Shown: positions 57,085-64,000 of the stretch, one piece after another
How the letters are laid out: each line of letters opens with the position of its first letter
How positions within the stretch are numbered: the stretch's first letter is position 1
Assembly (NCBI GenBank): GCA_963668675.2
Contig: CAXXMB010000001.1
Coordinates: 1,024,001-1,088,000 of the forward strand
Reading direction: 5' to 3'
Length of the DNA: 64,000 nucleotides
Source of the DNA: an uncultured Desulfatitalea sp.
GTDB lineage: Bacteria > Desulfobacterota > Desulfobacteria > Desulfobacterales > Desulfosarcinaceae
Translations under genes and position numbers: made by a program
The notes under the pieces: generated by a model
Database searches by the model: none
The model's input: only the letters and a program-made list of their open reading frames with translations
What the model was told of the DNA's origin: nothing

Positions 57085-58068
57085 ATGAAAGCATTCGTAT
57101 GTACTGAATTCGGCCCGGTGGACAACTGTGGCGTTCAGGAGATTGATCCGCAACCGCCGGAGAAGGACCACGTCCTGATAGAAGTAAAAAGTGCTTCTTT
57201 GAACTTTCCGGACGCCCTGATGGTGGAAGGGCGTTATCAGGTCAAGCCCCCCCTGCCTTTCAGCCCGGGTATGGATCTTGCGGGCATCGTCAAGCAGGTG
57301 GGAGAAGAGGTCACCCATGTCTCAGCGGGCGACCGGGTGATCGCCTTCTCGGGGGTCGGTGCATTTGCCGAAATGTGTTTGGCGTCCAGGGAGAAGGTCG
57401 TTCCCATGCCTGATGGAATGTCTTTCGACGCTGCCGCAGCTTATGGGATTACTTATGCGACCGCCATCCATGCGTTCCAGGATTGCGGCAGGCTTAAACC
57501 CAATGAAACAGCGCTGGTATTGGGTGCTGCAGGCGGCGTCGGGTTGGCGTCTATCGAAGTGGCCAAGGCGATGGGTGCTCGGGTCATCGCGGCGGCCTCC
57601 ACCGATGAAAAGCTGGCCCTGGCTCGAAAGCTTGGGGCCGACATGACGATCAACTACAGCAATGAGAATTTACGCGCCCGTACCTTGGAACTTACCGATG
57701 GGAAAGGCGTGGATGTGATCTGTGATCCTGTAGGCGGCGACTATACCATGGACGCGTTTCGTGCGGCGGCTTGGGGCGGACGCCTGCTGGTCATCGGCTT
57801 TGCCGCCGGCGATATTCCCAAAATACCACTCAACTACGCCCTGCTTAGCGAACGTGAAATCGTTGGCGTTTTCTGGGGAGCGTGGGCTGCCCGGGACAGA
57901 GAGGGGCAGCGCCGCAATATGGAGACCATGGCCAGATGGTTCTCCGAAGGCAAGATCAACCCGGTCATCGATTCAACGGTTTCGCTGTCGCAGATACCCG
58001 AGGCGATGAAGCGGCTGACGGATCGCAAGGTGAAGGGCAAAGTGGTCGTCAAGGTTCAAAGTGAATAG
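57085..58068 (+). CDS. NADPH:quinone oxidoreductase (zeta-crystallin MDR family)
   Basis: NFPD.L...G.YQ..P.LPF.PG, LGAAGGVG, IGFA.G.IP and GKVV motifs. Confidence 0.92.
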   Translation: MKAFVCTEFGPVDNCGVQEIDPQPPEKDHVLIEVKSASLNFPDALMVEGRYQVKPPLPFSPGMDLAGIVKQVGEEVTHVSAGDRVIAFSGVGAFAEMCLASREKVVPMPDGMSFDAAAAYGITYATAIHAFQDCGRLKPNETALVLGAAGGVGLASIEVAKAMGARVIAAASTDEKLALARKLGADMTINYSNENLRARTLELTDGKGVDVICDPVGGDYTMDAFRAAAWGGRLLVIGFAAGDIPKIPLNYALLSEREIVGVFWGAWAARDREGQRRNMETMARWFSEGKINPVIDSTVSLSQIPEAMKRLTDRKVKGKVVVKVQSE

Positions 58069-58268
58069 CTCTTAGGCCAACGCATCGGGGGTTCGAAACA
58101 GATAACCATCGCGATCCTGACCCAAAATCGGTTCTACGCGATAGGTTTCAATATGACCCTTCACCAAAATCGAACTTGTATAATGTGACAAACCAGCATA
58201 TGGCGTTAATTCTTATGGATCATTGAATCGGTATAATATTAAGAGCGTCAGCATAAAGGAGCAGCATC

Positions 58269-58820
58269 ATGACCACTTCAGATCAGTTTACATTTTTCGG
58301 TGGCGGCCATCGCGGGACGGAAGAGGAGTTTGGCCAGCAATCAGAACAGTTCGGTGTCCGTGAAGTCAACTACTCATTCGAAGGGCACCGGCCGGCAAGA
58401 GAAAAGAACCTGACCCTTCTCTCCCCTGAAGCGTTGAAAAAAGGGGATATCAGCATGGAGATCGTCTCCATGCGCATGCATCGCAACTACGCCCAAGCCG
58501 ATAAAATCCGCAAGGTCTTTCAGTTGATATTTCACATGGTCAACAGTGGTCTGCAGGTGTTTGCGGTGGGCTGGATCCAAGCCGACGATACGGTTAAGGG
58601 GGGAACGGGTTGGGCGGTGGAACTGGGCAAGCTGTTTAACCGACCGCTAAGCGTTTTCGATCAGGACCGCAATCAGTGGTTTACGTGGAAGAACAATGCG
58701 TGGGTGGCAGACGAGCCTGTCATCGAGCATAAGACATTCGTTGGCACAGGCACCCGAAATCTAACCGAAGCAGGAAAGCAAGCTATCAGAGAGCTCTTTT
58801 CACGTTCATTCAAAGCATAA
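58269..58820 (+). CDS. Conserved hypothetical protein (possibly SLOG-fold)
   Basis: RBS AAGGAG; GG..G.E..FG, TVKGGTGW.VE and GTGTR motifs. Confidence 0.75.
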   Translation: MTTSDQFTFFGGGHRGTEEEFGQQSEQFGVREVNYSFEGHRPAREKNLTLLSPEALKKGDISMEIVSMRMHRNYAQADKIRKVFQLIFHMVNSGLQVFAVGWIQADDTVKGGTGWAVELGKLFNRPLSVFDQDRNQWFTWKNNAWVADEPVIEHKTFVGTGTRNLTEAGKQAIRELFSRSFKA

Positions 58821-58865
58821 GGTATTGCGGGGCAATAGACCTCGCGAATAGTGAGTTGTCAGAAA

Positions 58866-58900
58866 AACACCGGTTCTTTTGAGGCCGGTGTTCTGTTTTG
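58866..58900. terminator. Intrinsic terminator
   Basis: AACACCGGTTC-TTTT-GAGGCCGGTGTT followed by T-rich tail. Confidence 0.6.
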
Positions 58901-59261
58901 ATCTTTCCAATTCAGCATTAAATCGCTTTTTGATATCCAATCTCCGGAAAACGGTTTGTCGATGAGGGGCTGGTCGGCCACCTCCATACTCTTTCCTTGT
59001 TTCACATCCCGTTTTACCAGCATTTCGATGGTTGATGCGATTAATAGTGCAAATCCAGATACAACCGCGCTCCTGAGGATCCATCCAGGAGAGGGCGCAA
59101 CTCCACGATCCGTAATCAGACAGCTCCGGTGCGTGAACGGGGAGCCTCAAGCCCTCCTGCGATAGAACCATCTACCCCTGGATGCTGATCTACCCACGGT
59201 TGATTAACGAGCAGGCTAAAGCAATGATGGTGCCCAGTAAAATGTGATTCGCCGGGCCGGC

Positions 59262-59633
59262 TTATCCTTTGGGAACCAACATCCGGCTTTTGCCGCTGTG
59301 TTCGAAGGCGATTTTGAAGCTGCTTCCGACATCATTCCAGATCTCCCTGATGGTCCAAAGCTCTGGCTGTTCGCTGCCGTTCTTGACCTTCAGGTTCACC
59401 TGATATCTGTCCATTACAATTTGATCGATGCTGACGGAATAGGTCTGGTCACCTACCTTTATGGATTTCGGTTCACCGGTCAGATTGATTTCAACTGCCC
59501 CGTTGTCCTGATTGTCCTGCCATTGACCGCTGACCTCTTTCAAAATATCACTTTTACTGGAACATCCGGTCAAGATCAGGCCTGCTGCAAAAATTCCGCA
59601 TAATATCAATAAATAGATGTGGTGTTTTCTCAT
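59262..59633 (-). CDS. Lipoprotein of unknown function
   Basis: Lipobox LTGC; RBS AAGGAG. Confidence 0.8.
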   Translation of the reverse strand: MRKHHIYLLILCGIFAAGLILTGCSSKSDILKEVSGQWQDNQDNGAVEINLTGEPKSIKVGDQTYSVSIDQIVMDRYQVNLKVKNGSEQPELWTIREIWNDVGSSFKIAFEHSGKSRMLVPKG

Positions 59634-59839
59634 GACGTGTATTCTCCTTTTGCTTTTATTTGTTCTTTGTCGGCCTCTGCGACGTGGTCGGTTCCACGCT
59701 GTCAGAGGAGCAGAAATTCGATGATGCGATTTTTAAGTTCTAACGCCGATTATCGGCACCTGCCTTTAAATTGTACCTGGTACGCGAAGGTACGATGGCA
59801 CTTCAGATGATGGGTGTTACGCCTTATTCCGGCGGCCTT

Positions 59840-60250
59840 CTAAAAAAGGAAGGATTGCTTGTGAAGGTAATGCTTTTGTGTCCGGAATGAATTGTTAGAT
59901 GGCGAGCTGCCGCGCAAATCCGACTGAAAGCGTGCTTCAGAGTATGAGCTTTGGGAAAGCGCCAAGGGATGGAAGATGTCACGCTCCTCTTCCGGTTCGA
60001 AGAGAACCGGTTTCATGCAAATATCGATTGCAGGTTCGTGGTGATCTATCAGCATGTGTCCCAGGATTTCCTCTCCAGCGCTATTTTTGATAGCGCCATG
60101 CCCTCCTCTTATAGACAACGATGATTGCCCAAAGTGAAGATGGCAGGTGTGGATATGGTCCTGCCACATAGAGGTGGAGAGTGTAACAGAAAGGACCAAT
60201 AGCAACTCGAACCCATATTTAAGCAGTATGCAGACCCTGGAAATTTGCAT
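59840..60250 (-). CDS. Hypothetical protein (His-containing, N-terminal hydrophobic segment)
   Basis: 136 aa ORF; no family recognised. Confidence 0.4.
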   Translation of the reverse strand: MQISRVCILLKYGFELLLVLSVTLSTSMWQDHIHTCHLHFGQSSLSIRGGHGAIKNSAGEEILGHMLIDHHEPAIDICMKPVLFEPEEERDIFHPLALSQSSYSEARFQSDLRGSSPSNNSFRTQKHYLHKQSFLF

Positions 60251-60501
60251 TTTTATTATTATCCAGATATATTTTTTGAATTGAATTCAATATATGTCAT
60301 CAACTTAGTATTGTCAAAGACAAAAAGATGCAACCTGATGAAGGGCCCTATTTTAAGGCCCTTTATCATCTGCGTTTGACCAGTGAGGAGGTGCTATTGT
60401 TGGTCGGAGGTTCTCTATGCTCTATTTCGAATCATGCAGGAGGGGCTGGATATATGTGTGGCCAATACGATGTTTTTACGGAACTTTTGTGATATTCTCT
60501 A

Positions 60502-61533
60502 TCACTCAGGCTGGTCTTCAATGGCCGTCATTCTCGCTTTGAGGCGCTTAAGCTCTCTCCAGATCTCCGGCAGGCGGCGAAGCAGAAAATAAGCCCGCTT
60601 GGCCTTACCGGCCTCGAATGCCGGCGATCCCCATAGGACAGCACCGTCTTTGACATCGTCGCCTACCCCGGACTGCCCTCCAATCATGACGCCGTTGCCG
60701 ATGTTGAGGTGTCCGCCGATGCCGACTTGGCCAGCGGCCACGCAGTGATGCCCCAATGTTGTCGATCCGGCAATGCCCACCTGGGGGACGAGCAGACAGT
60801 ATGCCCCCACCTTCGTCCCGTGGCCAATCACTACTGAATCCCCGATCTTGGACCCTTGCCCGATGATGGTCTCTTCCATGGCGCCTCTTTCGATGCCGCT
60901 TCCGGCTCCCAACTCAACATCATCTTCCACGATCACCGCGCCGATATGGGGAATTTTATGATGAACCCCTTTATGGGTGGCAAAGCCGAAGCCGTCTTCA
61001 CCGACGGTAGCGTTGGCCTGGATAATCACCCGGTTGCCGATCCGGCAACGATCATAGATGACCACATTTGGGTAGAGGATGCAGTCGTCTCCGACGACAC
61101 TATTCGGGCCGATGAACACGCCCGGATAGATCGTGCAGTTGGCGCCGATACGGGCATTGTCAAACACAGTGACGTTGTGACTGATGGCCGTCCCCTCGCC
61201 GACCGTAGCACTGTCGGCTATATTGGCCCCTGCACTGATGCCGCTGAAGGGATGCCTCCGATGGCCGTGTATCAGCACGGCAATCTGCGTAAAAGCATAG
61301 TACGGGTCCTTGCAAACCAACAGAGACGCCTTTGAGTCAAGCTTCTCTTTGACCACCACGGCGGATGCCCCGGTCGTTTTAACCAGTCGGGTATATTTGC
61401 GATTGGCAAGGAAGCTGATATCGCCACTTCCGGCCTGCGCCAGGCCGGCTGCCGACGTAATCTCGATATCCGCATCTCCCAGGACCTGGCCGTCCACATG
61501 GGCTGCAAGGTCACCCAAAGTGTATGATTTCAT
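60502..61533 (-). CDS. lpxD: UDP-3-O-acyl-glucosamine N-acyltransferase
   Basis: ISFL.N.KY, DPY.AF, hexapeptide repeats, G.DGFG, KIP.IG.V...DDVE.GA and AGQVG motifs; start MKSYTL. Confidence 0.95.
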   Translation of the reverse strand: MKSYTLGDLAAHVDGQVLGDADIEITSAAGLAQAGSGDISFLANRKYTRLVKTTGASAVVVKEKLDSKASLLVCKDPYYAFTQIAVLIHGHRRHPFSGISAGANIADSATVGEGTAISHNVTVFDNARIGANCTIYPGVFIGPNSVVGDDCILYPNVVIYDRCRIGNRVIIQANATVGEDGFGFATHKGVHHKIPHIGAVIVEDDVELGAGSGIERGAMEETIIGQGSKIGDSVVIGHGTKVGAYCLLVPQVGIAGSTTLGHHCVAAGQVGIGGHLNIGNGVMIGGQSGVGDDVKDGAVLWGSPAFEAGKAKRAYFLLRRLPEIWRELKRLKARMTAIEDQPE

Positions 61534-61905
61534 TGGATCGCCTCTCTCTCTGTCACATCGATATAGGTGAGCTGTCACTGAAAATTTTAGACACAATATG
61601 ACCTTTTATGAAGAGAAGGGTCAAGAGGAAACAGGCGAGCTATAGGGAGGCATTCGGGAAGTTTCTGAAAATCGGGCAAGATCCAAAGGACGAATCCTGC
61701 CCGACATGAAAAAGGGGATATTGGGTATATGATCAACATTGGCTTACCGGCTTCATTCGATGAGGAGTCGGCGAATCGCCAAATGGTTGCCCGGTACGAT
61801 CAGCCGTGCGCTATTGTAGTATCTGCAAGTCATATGCCCAAAATGCTCTATGGTAGATTGACAGTTTTAACTGCCACTTACTCCCTTTGACGGTTACGAA
61901 TAAGG

Positions 61906-62064
61906 AAAAACCCCCTGATACTTGTCAGCAGGGCGGCCGATTATTGTCAGATGAGGCACAAATAAACTGGGCGCCCCAGGTGCCTTCCCCCTTCCATTCT
62001 CAGGTAAGTCACCGGGAACGCCCATTGCGCACCCTGTCCTCATTTATCCGACAAAATAAGCTGC
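61906..62064 (-). ncRNA. Candidate rod-shaped structured RNA with downstream terminator
   Basis: Nested stems across 61933-62064 with G-U pairs mostly favouring the minus strand, followed by a CCCTG...CAGGG hairpin and T-tract. Confidence 0.45.
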
Positions 62065-62069
62065 TATAC

Positions 62070-62085
62070 TGTGATCTACATCACA
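62070..62085. promoter_or_regulatory. CRP/FNR-family (CRP/HcpR-type) binding site
   Basis: TGTGA-TCTACA-TCACA, an exact TGTGA-N6-TCACA. Confidence 0.65.
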
Positions 62086-62087
62086 CT

Positions 62088-62429
62088 TTATTCGCCAGGT
62101 TCAATTTTGATATCGCAGAGGCCAAATCCTTCCCACTCGCTCAGGGGTCTGCTCGAAGTAAGCACGTAACCTTGGGAGACCGCATCGGCAGAGTAGCCGA
62201 TCGTGACATCGCCAACCGTTTGATGAACCGATGAGCTGATGAGAAATTTGAGTCCGTCTCTTTCGCAAATCATGTCATCTTCACGTGCTCGGTCCACGCA
62301 AATTCCCAGAGAAGGGTCGCAACAGCCGGTGGATTGGAGATCGATGCGAAGCGGCGCGTTCACGCCATTGTCCTTTATAAACGTCTTTATTTTCTCAGTT
62401 GCCTGCGGTTCAAGTTTGATGAACGTCAT
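62088..62429 (-). CDS. HesB/IscA-like protein
   Basis: I.L...A...I, LRI.....GCC.PSLG...D.....D pattern; start MTFIKL. Confidence 0.8.
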   Translation of the reverse strand: MTFIKLEPQATEKIKTFIKDNGVNAPLRIDLQSTGCCDPSLGICVDRAREDDMICERDGLKFLISSSVHQTVGDVTIGYSADAVSQGYVLTSSRPLSEWEGFGLCDIKIEPGE

Positions 62430-62460
62430 CTCCTGCCCCCCCTTCAAATAGAGCCTCTGT

Positions 62461-62509
62461 ATACCATATACGGTATTTCCACTACACGTATGGACACCAT
62501 ATATGGTGT
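62461..62509. promoter_or_regulatory. Tandem 16-bp palindromes (NrdR-box-like)
   Basis: ATACCATATACGGTAT (62461) and ACACCATATATGGTGT (62494), starts 33 bp apart. Confidence 0.55.
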
Positions 62510-62593
62510 TTTGGTTGATAATCCCGTCAATCCGATGGGACGTTTCTGTCCGTTCGACTCTCACTGCTGCGGCAAGATACGCAGTCAGCTGAT

Positions 62594-64000
62594 TTATTTA
62601 CGTTTAGGGCTGTGGTAATGGGTCGACATCCCCTGAAACACATCGGCTGCCTCCATAACGGTCTCCGAGAGGGTCGGGTGCGGATGGATGGTCAGCCCAA
62701 CGTCTGTGACATTGGCGGCCATCTCCAGTGCCAGAACACCCTCTGCGATCATCTCGCCGGCGCCGGTGCCAACGATCCCCATGCCCAATATGCGTTCGCT
62801 CTCCGGATCGACCACCAGTTTGGTCAATCCGTCATTGCGGCCGAGTGTGGCGGCCCGCCCCGAAGCGGCCCAGGGAAACCGAGCGGTTTTGATTTTGATA
62901 CCGTTTTGTTTTGCCTCTGTTTCAGTCAGTCCGACCCAGGCGATTTCGGGATCGGTAAACACCACGGCTGGTATACCCGCCGGTTCGAACGCCACCTTAT
63001 GCTGTGCAATCGCCTCGGCCGCGGTCCGGCCTTCGTGAGTGGCCTTGTGGGCCAGCATGGGTTCACCGGCCACATCACCGATAGCGAAGATATGGGGCTC
63101 TGCCGTCCGGCATTGCTGGTCCACCCGAATGAAACCTTTGTCATCCAGTTCGACGCGGGTGTTTTCCAGCCCCACTTCCCTGGTGTTGGGTCTCCGGCCA
63201 ACCGCCATGAGCACTTTATCGAAGAGCTGGGCACTGCCCTCTTCTTCCGGACTGTCCATCACCACCTTGATGCCGTTTTTCTGATGCGTGAGGCGCTTCA
63301 CCGTGGTCTGCAGATGTACGGCCTCGAAGCGCTCATCGATCCGCTTTTTCAGAAAGCGAACCAGGTCCTTGTCCACACCGGGCAGCAGGCTTCCGGTCAT
63401 TTCGGCCACCTGAACTCTGGACCCGAAGGCGGCATAAACGGTGCCGAGTTCCAGTCCGATGTAGCCGCCACCGATCACCAGCAGTCGTTTGGGTATGGAT
63501 GCCAGTTCCAGAGCACGGGTCGAGTCCCACAGGTGGTCGGAGGTGATATCCAGCGTTTTGAGCCGAACCGGATGGGAGCCGGTGGCGATGATAGCGTGTT
63601 CGAATCCGAGCCTGGCCTCCTTGCCGTCGTCATCTGCAATCTTCAGAGTCCGGTTGTCCTCGAAAAATGCCCTGCCCCGGAGATGTTGTACTTTTTTCTG
63701 TTTGGCCAACTGCCCCAGGCCTGAGGTCATCTTGGCCACGACCTCATTTTTCCATCCCTGCAGGCGCTCACGGTCGACCTTGAGTCCGGTGAATTTCAAC
63801 CCGAACGCCTCTGCATCCCTGGCCTCACGGATGACACTGGCGGCGTGCAGGAGTGCTTTGGAGGGAATGCAGCCTCTGTAGAGGCATACCCCCCCGGGAT
63901 TCTCCCCGGGATCGACCAACGTCACCTGCAATCCCAGATCCGCAGCCATGAAGGCGGCGGCATATCCGCCGGGACCTGCGCCGATGACGACCACTTGCGT
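62594..64000 (-). CDS. lpdA: Dihydrolipoamide dehydrogenase (start lies beyond right edge)
   Basis: GAGPGGY, GGVCLYRGCIPSK, GGGYIGLE and HPHPTLSE motifs. Confidence 0.96.
   Translation of the reverse strand, partial: TQVVVIGAGPGGYAAAFMAADLGLQVTLVDPGENPGGVCLYRGCIPSKALLHAASVIREARDAEAFGLKFTGLKVDRERLQGWKNEVVAKMTSGLGQLAKQKKVQHLRGRAFFEDNRTLKIADDDGKEARLGFEHAIIATGSHPVRLKTLDITSDHLWDSTRALELASIPKRLLVIGGGYIGLELGTVYAAFGSRVQVAEMTGSLLPGVDKDLVRFLKKRIDERFEAVHLQTTVKRLTHQKNGIKVVMDSPEEEGSAQLFDKVLMAVGRRPNTREVGLENTRVELDDKGFIRVDQQCRTAEPHIFAIGDVAGEPMLAHKATHEGRTAAEAIAQHKVAFEPAGIPAVVFTDPEIAWVGLTETEAKQNGIKIKTARFPWAASGRAATLGRNDGLTKLVVDPESERILGMGIVGTGAGEMIAEGVLALEMAANVTDVGLTIHPHPTLSETVMEAADVFQGMSTHYHSPKRK

Noticed and set aside
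58950..59240. Riboswitch or sRNA in the intergenic gap
   Set aside because: Only short local hairpins; no recognisable riboswitch consensus and not positioned 5' of a gene.
62088..62429. HesB-like selenoprotein
   Set aside because: Relatives often have Sec, but this copy encodes GCC with ordinary Cys codons and has no in-frame UGA.
62612..63724. 370-aa plus-strand ORF and similar long antisense ORFs across GC-rich genes
   Set aside because: Shadows of well-supported genes on the opposite strand (here lpdA); no motifs or RBS support.

Overview
The window looks like a Desulfobacterota-type (sulfate-reducer-like) chromosome; this is inferred from gene content. Positions 1-36635 are most of a transposable (Mu-like) prophage whose early and late genes read leftwards on the minus strand. 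It has a repressor/Ner switch, MuA- and MuB-like transposition genes, Gam, GemA, an M15 endolysin/holin cassette and Mu-type terminase subunits. These are joined to a non-Mu head (DUF1073 portal, DUF2213, DUF2184 capsid) and a DUF3383/DUF3277 contractile tail that runs off the left edge in a tail-fibre gene. The repressor-side end (terminal CA at 36634-36635, with GGTTTCA-type repeats) cuts a host discoidin-OmpA gene inside its OmpA motif. This places about 5.5 kb of AT-rich cargo inside the phage: an exported protein with 14 near-identical WD40 repeats, hypervariable only at top-face positions, fused to an intact caspase-like domain, plus a membrane-anchored DUF4384 partner. Other highlights are a repressor whose C-terminus carries an Arg-rich, c-di-GMP-effector-like tail instead of an S24 peptidase, a second two-gene moron, and a -1 frameshift in the tail chaperone. 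The host part (36636-64000) has decayed IS4 and ISL3 elements, a group II intron 5' fragment and an ArsR/ArsP operon with a probable UGA-Sec BFD-like selenoprotein and decayed arsC/acr3. It also has two REP/MITE-like elements, two hybrid kinases, lpxD, a candidate structured RNA next to a perfect CRP-type box, a HesB-like gene and lpdA. All family assignments come from motif recognition by eye; no database searches were run.
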